Assembly: GCA_963780515.1 (NCBI GenBank) | Contig: CAWACG010000006.1 | Coordinates: 8,054-72,053 of the forward strand | DNA length: 64,000 nucleotides | Origin: an uncultured Acidobacteriaceae bacterium | GTDB taxonomy: Bacteria; Acidobacteriota; Terriglobia; Terriglobales; Acidobacteriaceae | Direction of reading: 5' to 3' | Part shown: in pieces, positions 19,194 through 30,401 of the stretch | How positions within the stretch are numbered: the stretch's first letter is position 1 | How the letters are laid out: each line of letters begins with the position of its first letter | Notes under the pieces: generated by a model | What the model saw: the letters and a program-made list of their open reading frames with translations, nothing else | Databases searched by the model: none | What the model was told of the DNA's origin: nothing | Translations under genes and position numbers: made by a program

Positions 19194-21638
19194 TCAGCCC
19201 GCTTCAACCTTGACGTTCACATTGTAACCAAGCCATCGCCCCTGTTCCGGCCAATGGAAAGTCCATGATAGTTCACCATTCTGCTGGTCAGCGGTGGTCG
19301 CGATATCCGCGCTGTGTCCAGCGCTGCCCAGGCTTCGGCTGGCGATGGTGTGCGTGGTCTTCCATCCGTCCGCCGACCAGATAAGCTCGAAGCGGTCCGC
19401 ATCGAGAATCCGTAGCGTGTCGCCCGCGACGATCCTCTGGATCGGCCTTCGCAGGCTGAAAATTTCCAGGTCGCTGCGTTTGCTTTTTTTCCCTTCCGGC
19501 TCGCAGTAGCGCGCATACACCGGATCAATCCTGTCAAACACTTTCCCATCCACAGCCGAGCGCAGCAGCTTCAGATATTCGGCGTGCGCCCACACCAGCG
19601 GCACCGCCGACCCGGCAGGCTGGCCCATAACCAGCCGCACATCAGGCCGGTTGGCCTCGTCCCACACCTGTTCCGGCAGCATCTGCCCCATGGTGGCAAA
19701 GCGCTCATAGGTCTTGATGAGCGGTGCAATATCGCTCCCCGCGGCAAGCTCATAATGAGCGCGCTCGCCAGTCAGTAGCGGCCAAACCCGTCCTTGCCCC
19801 CAGCCCTGATACGGGCCGCCATCGGGGCGCTGTCCGTACCCATCCCAGTTGTAGCGCAGCCAGCCGGGCCCCTGGGGCAGTCCGCGTTTCAACACCGCGT
19901 CCACCACTTTCAGCGAGTCAATCATCAGCGGATCGTCTGCCCGCCGCACGCCGTAGCGCACCAGCTCAAGAAAACCCGCATCCACAATCTCACGCGCTTC
20001 AAACTCGGTCCGCGTGCCCGGCGGTCGATTTTGCAGCCTGATCGTCTCCGTGCCGCAGTCTTCGCAGGCGTAGGCCTCGCCCGTTTCCGGCGGACGGATG
20101 CGCATGTAGTGCCGCTTCACGTCCGGCAGCAGCACCCCATCGTTGGTCACCGTCCAGTCTTCAAGATGATGCTCAATCCAGTCAGCGAATTCCTCGTAGA
20201 ACGTCGCCCGTTCCATCGCGTCGTGAGCCCGCGCAATCTCCGCCGCGCATATCAGTCCCGCAATCACCGCCGCCAGCGTAGAAGGCGAGTAGCCTGCATT
20301 CTCTTCCCAGCGCTCCTGGTGGGTGATGGGCGCATGACGCACCAGAAACCCCGCCGCCCTCTCGACAAACGGAAAAATGTCGGTATCGCCCAGTGCATCG
20401 GCCTTCCACAGCCGCCACGCCATCATCATCGGAAAGGCAACCTCGTCCAGTTGCACGCCTGACCAGTAGGGCCGCCCGTCCACCCAGAAATTCTGTGCAA
20501 AGCCGCCGTCGGGCTTTTGCGTACAGGCCAGGTAGACCATTGCCCGCCGCGCCGTCTCCGCCCGCCCGCAGGCCAGCAGCGCGCCGGCGGTCTGCACCAT
20601 ATCGCGCGTCCACACCAGGTGGTAGCCGCCCAGGTCGTCGTCGCCGTGCACCTGCCCCCACGGAATCGACATTGACGCCACAAAGGCTCCTGAAAATGTC
20701 TTGTCCTCATGTGCCAGCAGCACGTTGTGGCTGGCCCGCATCAGCTTGCCGCCGTCGCCGGCCTTCGCCGCCAGCCATTCGGGATTGGCCGCGCGGTGCC
20801 ATTGCTCAATGAAGCGGTCGCGGTTCTGCGCGAACGGCATCGCCATCGCGCTGACAGTTTTTTGCAATGCCGTGTGGTGCCCTTCGCCGATCCCGATGGC
20901 CAGGGTGAATTCCCTTGCGCCATCCGCACCCGCGTTCCCGAGGTCCAGCTCGCCCATGACAGCTAGATTCCCGTTGGTGGCCGAGCCGAACTCCCAGCTC
21001 ATGTTGAAGTTTTCCATCAGGTCCCGCCATCCGTCGCTGGTGCCCACAAACCCGCAGCTCACCCGCGAAAACCCGCAGTTGGCGCCCATCGCCAGCGACC
21101 ACCGATCCTTCCACGCCAGCAACATGCGATGTCCTGCAATATCCAACGCCCGTGCGGTGTTGCCCGCGCCGCCGCCATCCAGGTGCGGCGCCAGCAGGGC
21201 ATACACCTTCAGCCGCGGCAGCAGGTCCTCGTGTCCTTCCAGCCGCACATGCTGCAGCACCACGCTGTGGTGCGGGTCGCAGATGATCTCTTTCGTCAGC
21301 GTGTAGCGGCCGTCGGGGTCGCGATTCACATAGCGGACCCCCAGCGCCTCCGGGTGGATGTACTCAAAGCTGGTGATCAGATCGCGCTTTTCTTCGTGGA
21401 CAAACGTCTCCCCGTCTGTGACCAGAAATTCCATATCTCGCACTTGCGCGCTGTCGATCGTGGGGTGGTAAAGCTCATTCAAAATGCCGTGCGAGCAGGT
21501 GAACCACACGCGGCTGGAGGCCGAGTAGGCCGTTCCCACCGCGTCTTTCACGCTCGAAGTCCAGCGCGGCTCAAGACCCGGCGCGCCAAAGGCTTCACCC
21601 TGCTGGTCAAGCCAACGATAAAGCGGCTGATTGTTCAC
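19194..21638 (-). CDS. glucoamylase / glucodextranase, GH15
   Basis: [31 protein letters not shown] and PLVWAHAEY motifs. Probable GTG start at 21638; the ORF extends to 21692. Confidence 0.9.
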   Translation of the reverse strand: MNNQPLYRWLDQQGEAFGAPGLEPRWTSSVKDAVGTAYSASSRVWFTCSHGILNELYHPTIDSAQVRDMEFLVTDGETFVHEEKRDLITSFEYIHPEALGVRYVNRDPDGRYTLTKEIICDPHHSVVLQHVRLEGHEDLLPRLKVYALLAPHLDGGGAGNTARALDIAGHRMLLAWKDRWSLAMGANCGFSRVSCGFVGTSDGWRDLMENFNMSWEFGSATNGNLAVMGELDLGNAGADGAREFTLAIGIGEGHHTALQKTVSAMAMPFAQNRDRFIEQWHRAANPEWLAAKAGDGGKLMRASHNVLLAHEDKTFSGAFVASMSIPWGQVHGDDDLGGYHLVWTRDMVQTAGALLACGRAETARRAMVYLACTQKPDGGFAQNFWVDGRPYWSGVQLDEVAFPMMMAWRLWKADALGDTDIFPFVERAAGFLVRHAPITHQERWEENAGYSPSTLAAVIAGLICAAEIARAHDAMERATFYEEFADWIEHHLEDWTVTNDGVLLPDVKRHYMRIRPPETGEAYACEDCGTETIRLQNRPPGTRTEFEAREIVDAGFLELVRYGVRRADDPLMIDSLKVVDAVLKRGLPQGPGWLRYNWDGYGQRPDGGPYQGWGQGRVWPLLTGERAHYELAAGSDIAPLIKTYERFATMGQMLPEQVWDEANRPDVRLVMGQPAGSAVPLVWAHAEYLKLLRSAVDGKVFDRIDPVYARYCEPEGKKSKRSDLEIFSLRRPIQRIVAGDTLRILDADRFELIWSADGWKTTHTIASRSLGSAGHSADIATTADQQNGELSWTFHWPEQGRWLGYNVNVKVEAG

Positions 21639-21942
21639 TCGTCGATACCAATCTCTCAGGTGGGAAAGTTTACGGAATGAAGATCCGTCCACTTTATCGA
21701 TGTTCGGCCGAACGGGAAGGTTTCACATCCCCCTCGAATTAACTTGGCACCCCGAAGCAGTCCTTCCGCATCCATCCAATCATAGGGGTGCGCGCCTGTG
21801 TGTGAAGATTGCATTGCACGAGGATGCAGCGCCAACTGTTTCCGGACCGGCCAATTCTGTCTTCGACCGGCCGCCACTTTCGCTTAGCGGTCGAAATCCG
21901 CTCAACCCTCACAGTACAATCCGAACGAAGGAGATTTCCCCG

Positions 21943-22566
21943 ATGGCTTATTCACTCGCACCGCTGCCTTACGACTACGCCGCTCTCGAACCCTTTATTG
22001 ATGCGGAGACAATGCATCTGCACCACGACAAGCACCACCAGGCCTACATCAACAACGTGAATGCCGCCCTGGCCAGCCACCCCGACCTGGCCGCCAAATC
22101 CGTTGACGATCTCATTCGCGACCTTGCCGCCATACCCGAGGAGATTCGCGGCGTCGTTCGCAACAATGGCGGCGGCCACTCCAATCACACCGCATTCTGG
22201 AACCTGATGGGCCCCGCCGGCTCTGAAGGCGTAGGCGGCGCGCCCACCGGCGCCATCGCCGCGCAGATTAGCGCCGACTTCGGCGACTTCGAAGCCTTCA
22301 AGAAGACCTTCAATGAGACCACCGCCAAGCAGTTCGGCTCCGGATGGGGCTGGGTGGTCTTTACCGGCGGCAAGCTCAAGGTCGTTACGACGGCCAATCA
22401 GGACTCACCCCTCTCCCAGGGCCTCTATCCGGTCCTCGGAAACGACGTGTGGGAGCACGCCTACTACCTCAAGTACCAGAACCGCCGTCCCGACTACCTG
22501 GCCGCGTGGTGGAACGTGGTCAACTGGACCGAAGTCAACAAGCGCTTCGCCGTCGCCAGGGGATAA
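21943..22566 (+). CDS. superoxide dismutase, Fe/Mn family
   Basis: [30 protein letters not shown] and DVWEHAYY motifs; AAGGAG SD. The metal cannot be assigned with certainty. Confidence 0.95.
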   Translation: MAYSLAPLPYDYAALEPFIDAETMHLHHDKHHQAYINNVNAALASHPDLAAKSVDDLIRDLAAIPEEIRGVVRNNGGGHSNHTAFWNLMGPAGSEGVGGAPTGAIAAQISADFGDFEAFKKTFNETTAKQFGSGWGWVVFTGGKLKVVTTANQDSPLSQGLYPVLGNDVWEHAYYLKYQNRRPDYLAAWWNVVNWTEVNKRFAVARG

Positions 22567-22631
22567 ATGCAGGGAGTAGCGAACAGGGATCGGTGAGCGA
22601 CATACCACCGCGCGCTTCATGAACTTGCTTT

Positions 22632-22712
22632 GTGTCAGGGCACGACTTCACAGGCTGCGGAAAAACTCGATTCGGAGGGAGGCGGGGGGTTCAACCCCCG
22701 CGGTACGGCGCT
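22632..22712. repeat. REP/MITE-like element (GGGCACGACTTCA half-site joined to CAGGCTGCGGAAAAACT, plus a GGGGG-TTCAA-CCCCC hairpin)
   Basis: Shares the junction sequence with the 63 bp units at 39568-39791. Confidence 0.65.
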
Positions 22713-22837
22713 TTCAAACCGACCGACGATCAAACGGTTCACTTGTCCCTGTTCACTTCTTCACTCTTCGTTCACCCGTTCACTCACGCGGGTCGCCGCA
22801 ACTCGTTGCGGCGGCCCGCGTCTAACAACTCAGTGCC

Positions 22838-23596
22838 ATGAAGAAATCTCTGCGTCCGATTGCTTTCCTGCCCCTCGCGGTTTTGCTTGCCTGCGGTCCG
22901 CACCTCACCTCAGTGCCCGCCTCGGCTCAGACAGGCGCCTTCACCATCAGCCAGCACGGCAAGGCAGTAGGCACGGCAAGCTTCCGCGTCCTGGGGACTC
23001 CGCAGGGCTACGACTCCACCTCGCTGGTCAATGTTTCCATGCAGGGGCTGAACTACGCGATTTCGAAAAACGAGCGGCTTTCTTCAGACAACCAGCTTGA
23101 GCATGTCCAGTTGAGCGCCACCGTCAACGGCTCGGCGGTCAGCGTCACTGCCAAGCCAGATGCCGCACAGATGCTGATGAACATCTCGGCCAACGGCCAC
23201 AGTTCCACCACCCGCCTCCCCGCCCATCCCGCAGCCGTCTTTCTCCCTGACTTCGATCCCGGCGCTCTTGAGACGCTGCTGTCCCTTGCCGTCACCCACA
23301 ACAACCGCGACCTCTGGGCCATCATTCCCAAGAAACAGGGATCCGTTGAGCCGGTCCAGCTCGCCACCTACGCTGACCAGCAGGGCACGCTCGAGGGCAA
23401 GCCCATCATCGTCCATCACCTGGTTGCCACCATCGCCGGGGGCAAGACCGATCTTTTTTCCGGCCCCGAGAGCCAGCTCTTGCAGGCCGAAATGCCCCAG
23501 GCCGGTTTTGCCCTCGTTCGCAAAGGATTCGTCCTTACCCCTCCCGCCAAACCCTCCGCCCCGCCAGAACCGCCCCCGGCTACACCGTCTCAGTGA
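22838..23596 (+). CDS. secreted hypothetical protein
   Basis: 252 aa; signal peptide ending ASA-Q; Pro-rich C-terminus. Confidence 0.7.
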   Translation: MKKSLRPIAFLPLAVLLACGPHLTSVPASAQTGAFTISQHGKAVGTASFRVLGTPQGYDSTSLVNVSMQGLNYAISKNERLSSDNQLEHVQLSATVNGSAVSVTAKPDAAQMLMNISANGHSSTTRLPAHPAAVFLPDFDPGALETLLSLAVTHNNRDLWAIIPKKQGSVEPVQLATYADQQGTLEGKPIIVHHLVATIAGGKTDLFSGPESQLLQAEMPQAGFALVRKGFVLTPPAKPSAPPEPPPATPSQ

Positions 23597-23716
23597 GGTC
23601 GCTAACTGATGCCCAGTGATGCGCACGAAGCGTTGACTCACAAATAGACGACCCTCTGGCCCGAACCCAACGCGAGTGGATTCATGAGCGCAGCTTTGAT
23701 AAAGCGCTATGCCCGT

Positions 23717-24424
23717 TTACCAACCCATTTGGCGCATTCGCTCAAGAATGAGCGCGCTGTAATGATTCATGCGCTCAGGCCGTCGCTTCAAAGGAGCAGG
23801 CAGAATCGCGGCCAGCCGAGCCGACTGTTCTCTCCCGATATTCCGCGCCGAAATTCCGTCGTAGGTACGACACGCCGACTCCGCACCATAAATACCGGGG
23901 CCCCATTCCACCACGTTGAGGTAGAGCTCCAGAATGCGCCGCTTGCCGAGGACCAATTCGGCCACCGGTACCAGCGTGAACTCCGCGCCTTTGCGGAGAA
24001 GGGAGCGGCTCGTTCCGAAGAATAGGTTTTTTACCAGCTGCTGCGTAATGGTGGAAGCTCCGCGCGTGCGGCCGCCTTCCAAATCGCCTTCGGCATCGAT
24101 TTGGATCTGGTGCCAATCGAACCCATGGTGCTGGTAGAAGCGCGCGTCCTCTGCGGCGATGACTGCATGCTGCAGATCGGGCGAGATTTGGCTCAGCGGA
24201 ATGAATTGGTAGTGTTTGCGATACGGCGTGCGGTGAATCCAGGCCTGCATTCGGCGCTCCATGTGCACAGCGGTGGTCGCCGGGTCGATCCACCTGAGAG
24301 CTACCAGCATCAGCGCCGCCAGCAACCAAAGAAGCACGATGCTGAAGCCAGACCACCGAACAAAGGATCGGAGGAATCCATTCCGAAGCGGGGTCTTCGG
24401 TGGAAGCGATGGCATCGTGATCAC
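23717..24424 (-). CDS. mtgA: monofunctional peptidoglycan transglycosylase
   Basis: AEDARFYQHHGFD, GASTITQQLVKNLF, RKGAE and LELYLNVVEWG GT51 motifs. Confidence 0.93.
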   Translation of the reverse strand: MITMPSLPPKTPLRNGFLRSFVRWSGFSIVLLWLLAALMLVALRWIDPATTAVHMERRMQAWIHRTPYRKHYQFIPLSQISPDLQHAVIAAEDARFYQHHGFDWHQIQIDAEGDLEGGRTRGASTITQQLVKNLFFGTSRSLLRKGAEFTLVPVAELVLGKRRILELYLNVVEWGPGIYGAESACRTYDGISARNIGREQSARLAAILPAPLKRRPERMNHYSALILERMRQMGW

Positions 24425-24573
24425 ACTTCAGAATAGTAGTCCGGACTGGATTGTCGCTTCTCGCAAAACCAGGGGAGCCTCATCCAGAAGCCATGCGGTC
24501 CAGGTCGACGCGACCCCCAGGGAGCCACGACCCTGCCCTAAACTCAACAGGCCACGGGGGTTCTGATTTCGCT

Positions 24574-25946
24574 CTAGGCAGGACTCATTCGCCAGTGCGC
24601 CTGCTCGTCGCGCTCCTTTGCGGTCACGCCCTCTTCCGCGCGCTTCTGCGCAAATCCTGCGCCGCGCACCCGCCGCTCGTCGTCTTCTTCACTCTCCGCC
24701 ATTCCTGCGATTCCAGCGCTGCGGCTGCTCCCGGCCGCCTCCGCATCCTTCGCCTTCAAATCCATGGCCGTTCCCGGAGCGGAAGCAATCTGCTGCTCAC
24801 GCTTGAACTGCTTGCTCAGCGCCAGCCCTGCTGCTGATACGACGACCCAATCCGGCCGCCATACACAATGTCCGGTGTCGCCGCCATCTTGTAGTAGTTC
24901 AACCGCCCCACAAACTCGTCGTCTTCCAGCAGAATCGGCATCTGGCTCGCGCGCACTTCCAGCACCGCCCGCGTTCCAGGAATCTCGCCATGCAATCCAT
25001 ACCCGAATCCAGGGTCGAAGAAACCCGCATAATGCACGCGAAACTCCTGTGACGCCAAGTCATACGGCAGCAACTCCGCCGCAAAGTCCGCCGGCACGCG
25101 CACCCGCTGCTTCGACGCCAGAATGTAAAACTCGCCCGGCATCAGAACGCACTGCAGCTTGTCGTTCCTGTAGATCGGATTCCAGTATTCGGCCCTCTCG
25201 TAGTAGTCCAGTTTGCTCAGATCCACCGGTGGCGTCGACTTCTTCGCCTGGTACCCCACTACGCCCGAGCCGTTCCCCTCGAGGTCCACCGTCAGCCGCA
25301 ATCCGCGATTGATGTTCGCCTGCGGGCCGTCTTCCTCCACATCAATCAGCGGATCGCCCTGGTCCAGTTGCCTCAGCCGCGCATCGCCCGCCGCCAGCAC
25401 CCTTCCCCGCCCAAAGCGCAGTTGGTTCAGCTTCATTCCGGCCTGCACAATGATCGGAAACGTCTGCGACACCACCTCGATATACAGCTTGCCGTTGTAG
25501 CCCCTGCGCACCCGCTCAAACTCATCGCCCACGTCGGTGATCAGGCGAGTGAAAATGTCCAGCCTTCCCGTCGTGCTCTTGGGATTGGCAATGCCATACA
25601 CATCCGGCGGAAGCGCCAGGCTCTCCATCAGCGGAATGATGTAGACCCGCCCCGGCTCCAGCAGCGTAGGGCTTGAAATATCAATCTCCCGGTCCAGCAT
25701 CCCGTTCGTCTTGGCTTTCGTCAGCAGAGTCGTCGAACGCCCGGGCAAGAAGCTGGCATGCACCAGGTACGCCTCGCGCGAAAGGCGCAGATCGATGCTG
25801 GACGGCTGAATCTGCTCCTCGGTGATATCAATCGTCGAACGGAGAATCCCCGCGCTCACAAAATCGCGGATCTCCTGCGACGGCAGAATCCCCTCGCCGC
25901 TCGCCTGCCGGCCTGTCACCTCCGGAAACAAAGAGCCTGATGCCAA
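24574..25946 (-). CDS. dcd: dCTP deaminase, long duplicated form (apparent 1-nt frameshift near 24827)
   Basis: QIQPSSIDLRL, NPKSTTGRLDIF and HYAGFFDPGFG motifs. Adding one G gives YQQQGLALSKQFK, which reads in frame into ORF 24574..24765. Confidence 0.8.
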
Positions 25947-26165
25947 AATTCCCTCCGCCGTATTGAGACCGCATCTCCGAGCACAGTCACAATCGGCCGC
26001 GCCCCGCCCGCAACGGGTAGATTAGGCAGGATAGCAGGTGACGATTCCCGCGGACTCTCTGCGAATCACGGCAGAATTGTGGAATTCCCAGCCTGCAAAT
26101 CGCACCCAGGCTTGGGCTCCTTCAGCCTCCGCGTTACACTCGCATCGAGCCACCCAGGAGCGCCT

Positions 26166-26717
26166 ATGCCCACCTACATCGCCCTGCTGCGCGCCGTCAA
26201 CGTCGGCGGCACCGGCAAGTTGCCCATGGCCGACTTCCGCAAACTGCTCGCAGAGCTTGGCTTCCGCAACGTCGAAACCTACATCCAGAGCGGCAATGCC
26301 GTCTTCGACGCTCCCGGTTCACCCGCTGCCGTCACAAAATCAGTCAGCTCCGCGCTCGCAAAGGTCGTGGGCAAGCCTGTGCCCGTTCTTGTCCGAACAC
26401 GCAATGAGCTCTCCCGCGTTATCGCCGCCAACCCTTTTGCCGCCGAATCCGCAGCGGACGGCGCCCGAGTCCATGCCGTTTTTCTCTCTGCGCATCCGGC
26501 CAAAGACTCTGCCACGGGTCTCGACCGCATCGTCGCCCAATATCCCACACGCCGCGACCGCTACCACCTCGCCGGAGACACACTCTATCTCCACCTGCCC
26601 GATGGTGCCGCCGACTCCAAATTCACCGCCGCCGCGCTCGACCGCATCCTCGCCGTCATCGCCACCGCACGCAACTGGAACACAGTCCTCAAACTCCATG
26701 CGATGGCGAAACGATAG
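26166..26717 (+). CDS. DUF1697-family protein
   Basis: YIALLRAVNVGG, VETYIQSGN and TARNWNTV motifs; AGGAG SD. Confidence 0.88.
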   Translation: MPTYIALLRAVNVGGTGKLPMADFRKLLAELGFRNVETYIQSGNAVFDAPGSPAAVTKSVSSALAKVVGKPVPVLVRTRNELSRVIAANPFAAESAADGARVHAVFLSAHPAKDSATGLDRIVAQYPTRRDRYHLAGDTLYLHLPDGAADSKFTAAALDRILAVIATARNWNTVLKLHAMAKR

Positions 26718-26767
26718 CCTCGTTTGGTCCCACTGGTAGGAGGCCCGGGTTCGATCAGCACAAACGC

Positions 26768-26817
26768 GGGTGCCCCAGGTCCAGCTTCTGAGCGCAGCGA
26801 AGAATGGGGACCTGGGA
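26768..26817. repeat. REP-like palindrome, GGGTGCCCC...GGGA class
   Basis: CCCAGGTCC / GGACCTGGG stem between convergent genes. Confidence 0.7.
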
Positions 26818-26827
26818 AAGCACACCC

Positions 26828-27751
26828 TCATCCCGCCGCCAGCACCGCATCCGCAATCCGCGCCGCCTCCACCGCAGGCGGCACCGCATGCACCCGCACA
26901 ATCGACGCCCCTTGCAGAATCGCCGCCGTCAACGCCGCCAAGCTGGCCGTCTCGCGCGCATCCACCGCCGCATCCTTGCCCCCGTGCAACTCCGCCAGCG
27001 TCCTGCCCAGAAACGATTTGCGCGAAAGCCCCGCCAGCAGCGGCCGCCCCAACTCCAGCAACTCCGCCTGCCGCGCCAGCAAAACATAGTTCTCGCCAAA
27101 TCGCTTGCCAAACCCATACCCCGGATCCAGCACCAAAGCCTCCGCAGCAATTCCCGCCGCCGCAGCTTTGGCCAGGCTCGCTTCCAGCCCCGCCCGCACC
27201 GTCGCCATCAATTCGCTCGATTCAAGCTGCGCCTGGGTCTTCCATTCTTCAGGCCGGCCTCGCGTATGCATCAGCACCACTCCGCAACCCGCCTCCGCAC
27301 ACACGCCCGCCATCGCCGCATCCCAGCCAAAGCCGCTGATGTCGTTCACAATCTCCGCGCCCGCCGCCAGAGCCGCCTGCGCCGTCGCCGCCTTATACGT
27401 GTCAACCGACACAACCGCCTCCGGTCGCGCCCGCAGAATTCCCTCCAGCACCGGCAGCAGCCGCGCCTGCTCTGCCGCCGCGCTCACCGCCGGAGCCGAC
27501 TCCGTCCCTGCAGCTGAACCCGGCCTCGTGCTCTCCGCACCAAGGTCCAGCAGGTCCGCCCCTTCGTCCAGCAGCCGCAGCCCATGCTCCACCGCCGCGT
27601 CGCGATCAAGAAAAGCCCCGCCATCGCTGAACGAATCCGGCGTAATATTCACCACACCCATCACCAGCGTCCGCCGGCCGAGTTCCGGCGCACGGGTGCG
27701 CAGCCTCCATGTGCAAATTGCGCGCTTCAGGTTTTCCCTTCGTTCTTCCAT
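26828..27751 (-). CDS. folP: dihydropteroate synthase
   Basis: MGVVNITPDSFSDGG, GAESTRPG, DPGYGFGK, SRKSF and IVRVH motifs. Confidence 0.95.
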   Translation of the reverse strand: MEERRENLKRAICTWRLRTRAPELGRRTLVMGVVNITPDSFSDGGAFLDRDAAVEHGLRLLDEGADLLDLGAESTRPGSAAGTESAPAVSAAAEQARLLPVLEGILRARPEAVVSVDTYKAATAQAALAAGAEIVNDISGFGWDAAMAGVCAEAGCGVVLMHTRGRPEEWKTQAQLESSELMATVRAGLEASLAKAAAAGIAAEALVLDPGYGFGKRFGENYVLLARQAELLELGRPLLAGLSRKSFLGRTLAELHGGKDAAVDARETASLAALTAAILQGASIVRVHAVPPAVEAARIADAVLAAG

Positions 27752-27857
27752 GCGCCCCCGCCGGGCCCACCTGCGATTCGCCCACTCCCGATTCTATGAG
27801 CGTCAAACGCAGCTCTCATCCGCGACCGAAGCTTTTCTCTCCTGCTACACTCCCGGC

Positions 27858-29522
27858 ATGGTGGTCATTCGGCGAATCCTGGCGCTCCTGCTTGCAGCTT
27901 TTCTCCTTCCATCCACTCTGCTGCCGGCTCAAACTCACCACGCAAAACCTTCCGCCTGGCCCACGCCACGCAATGCTTCCCCGAAAGGCACACTCGCCGA
28001 CCGCCTGCAGGCCATCCTTGCCGAGCCCACCCTCAGCCACGACGATTTCGGCATCAGCGTCACCACGCTCGACGGCCAATCGCTCTACGGTCTCAATCAG
28101 GGCCGCCTCTTCACTCCGGCTTCGAACGCCAAGCTCGCCACCACTGCCGCAGCCTATGCCCTGCTCCCCGTCGACACCCTTACCTGGGTCACCAACGTCG
28201 TCGCTGACGGAGACATCGATGCATCCGGCAAGCTCCATGGCAACCTGCTCATCCTCGGCGTGGGCGACCCCACCATGAGCGCGCGCCACTATCCCTATCA
28301 GCCCCCGCAGCCCAACCCGCCACCCGCTGCCGCGCCGCCCGGCGCAGCAACTCCAACCCCGGAGGCCGAGCCCAAGCTCCGCGCCATGACAAATCTCGAG
28401 CTCATGGCCGAGCAGGTCGAGCAGGCCGGCATTCGCACCATCGATGGCAATGTCGTGGGCGACGACAGTTTCTTCCTCCATGAGCCCTACGCCACCGCCT
28501 GGGCATGGGACGACCTGCAATGGAGCTACGGCGCACCGGTCTCCGCGCTCTCCTTCAACGACAATTCCATCGAGCTCACCATCACCGCCGACCCTTCCGC
28601 GCCCACCGGCGTGTCCGCTCAGTGGACCCCCGACGTCGACTACTACACCCTCGACAACACCATGACCATCGCGCCCAGCGGCCAAACACCCCACCCCGGT
28701 CTGCAGCGCATGCCCGGCAGTTTGCTCGTTCGGGCCTGGGGCACCGCTCCGCCAGAAGGCCTCTTCGCCGGCCTCGCCGTCGAGGACCCGGCCGAGTTCA
28801 CCGCGGCAGCCTTCGTCAAAGCCCTTATGAGCCGAGGCATCACTGTCACCGGCTCGGCCACTTCCGCGCACCGGCTGCCCACTGACACAGGGGAATTCGT
28901 TGCCGAGCGATCCAAGCCTCTTCGTCTCGTCCCCAGCACCCAGACCCGCGTGATGGCGCCCTTCGGCGACCACAGGGTGCTGGCCGCGCACATTTCCGTG
29001 CCCGTTGCTGAGGACATCATGGTCACCAACAAGCAGAGCCAGAACCTGCACGCCGAACTGCTGCTGCGCCTGCTCGGCAAAACTTTCGGAAATGATGGCA
29101 GCCTCGCCCAGGGCACGCGCGTCGTGCGCCAGTTCCTCATCGACGCGGGCGTCAACGACGACGACTTCTTCTTCTACGATGGCTCCGGCATGAGCATGGA
29201 CGACCGCATCGCACCCCGCGCCTACACGCAACTGTTGGCATACGCCTCGCGCCAGCCGTGGGGCCCGGCCTGGCGCGACACCCTCCCCATCGCGGGCATC
29301 GACGGCACCCTCGCCGGCCGCTTTAAAGATTCCCCGCTCAAAGGCCATCTCTGGGCCAAGACCGGCACTCTCAACGAGACCAACGCCCTCTCCGGCTACT
29401 TGCTTGCATCAAGCGGTAGAACCCTCGCCTTTTCCGTCCTCGTCAACGGCCACCGACCCGGAAGCGAAGCCGAAACCCGGGCCATCGAACGCATCTGCGA
29501 AGCCATCGCCGCCGCCGAATAG
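27858..29522 (+). CDS. dacB: D-Ala-D-Ala carboxypeptidase/endopeptidase (PBP4, S13)
   Basis: PASNAK (SxxK), SQN (SxN), AKTGT (KTG) and GVGDP motifs; signal peptide. Confidence 0.92.
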   Translation: MVVIRRILALLLAAFLLPSTLLPAQTHHAKPSAWPTPRNASPKGTLADRLQAILAEPTLSHDDFGISVTTLDGQSLYGLNQGRLFTPASNAKLATTAAAYALLPVDTLTWVTNVVADGDIDASGKLHGNLLILGVGDPTMSARHYPYQPPQPNPPPAAAPPGAATPTPEAEPKLRAMTNLELMAEQVEQAGIRTIDGNVVGDDSFFLHEPYATAWAWDDLQWSYGAPVSALSFNDNSIELTITADPSAPTGVSAQWTPDVDYYTLDNTMTIAPSGQTPHPGLQRMPGSLLVRAWGTAPPEGLFAGLAVEDPAEFTAAAFVKALMSRGITVTGSATSAHRLPTDTGEFVAERSKPLRLVPSTQTRVMAPFGDHRVLAAHISVPVAEDIMVTNKQSQNLHAELLLRLLGKTFGNDGSLAQGTRVVRQFLIDAGVNDDDFFFYDGSGMSMDDRIAPRAYTQLLAYASRQPWGPAWRDTLPIAGIDGTLAGRFKDSPLKGHLWAKTGTLNETNALSGYLLASSGRTLAFSVLVNGHRPGSEAETRAIERICEAIAAAE

Positions 29523-29554
29523 GCTGCATCGAACGCTGTATCATCAATAGGCAA

Positions 29555-29908
29555 ATGCGCAAGCGTCTTCATACTGCTCTACTCGCCGCTCTCGTGCTCG
29601 CGGCCGCTCTCGCCGGTTGCCGCTCGCTGCCGCCTTCCAAGCCGTCCTCGCAGTGGACCCCCGATGAAGCCCGCGGCGCAGCAATTTATCAGGCCAAATG
29701 CGCCCGTTGCCACTACCCCACCACCACTGCGGGACTCCACGGCCCCGGTCTGCAGGCACTCACCAAGATCCCCGCCATGCCCTCCGGCGCGCCGCCGACT
29801 GACGAGCGGCTCACCAACGTCATCCTCCACGGCCGCATGGAGATGCCCGGAACCCCGCTCAGCGACGACCAGCTTCACGACCTGCTGGCCTACCTCCATA
29901 CGCTATGA
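29555..29908 (+). CDS. small class I c-type cytochrome, lipoprotein
   Basis: LAGC lipobox, CARCH heme site and distal MP. Confidence 0.85.
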   Translation: MRKRLHTALLAALVLAAALAGCRSLPPSKPSSQWTPDEARGAAIYQAKCARCHYPTTTAGLHGPGLQALTKIPAMPSGAPPTDERLTNVILHGRMEMPGTPLSDDQLHDLLAYLHTL

Positions 29909-30312
29909 CGGACCAGACCAAGCCCCGCGAAACTGCCCAAGAGAATACCGCCGCCAACACGCCCAAAATCGTTCCCCCGCTGAAACGCGACCTGCTCCCG
30001 CTGCCTGGCCTCGCAGCCATCAGCCTCTATATTCTCGTCCTCGCCGGAGTCATCATTCTCGGCGTCGCTGGCGGCCATTACCCGCCGCTCTTTCTCATCC
30101 TCGCCGCAGCCTTCATGGCAGCCAGCGCAGGACTCATGCTGCTGCTGCGATGGGCCTGGGCCCTAACCCTAGCCGCCGTCTTCCTGCTCGCCGTTTATAA
30201 CTTGTGGATCTTCTCCGCCCAGCACCAGCTTCCCGCCGTGGTGCAGGGACTGTTGAATCTCGTCTTCTTCCTCTATCTCGTCCGCCCGGAAGTCCGCGAA
30301 AAGCTCCGCTAG
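29905..30312 (+). CDS. hypothetical 4-TM membrane protein
   Basis: ATGA overlap with the cytochrome gene; hydrophobic. Confidence 0.75.
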   Translation: MTDQTKPRETAQENTAANTPKIVPPLKRDLLPLPGLAAISLYILVLAGVIILGVAGGHYPPLFLILAAAFMAASAGLMLLLRWAWALTLAAVFLLAVYNLWIFSAQHQLPAVVQGLLNLVFFLYLVRPEVREKLR

Positions 30313-30401
30313 CTCGTAGTTCGCCTTCCAATCAATCGCTGCCATCTACCCTTCGCGCCCATCGTTTCAGCAAATGCCGCCCGGATGATAATCTTCTGCC
30401 C

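Noticed and set aside
27105-27857. Long N-terminal ORF extensions in the track (dacB; also sod, tricorn, S9, gcvT, decarboxylase)
   Set aside because: They overlap other genes or promoters. Downstream starts with signal peptides, SD or -10 boxes fit better.
27816-29348. Long antisense ORFs (510 aa opposite dacB and many similar ones)
   Set aside because: Shadow ORFs expected from high-GC codon bias opposite well-supported genes.
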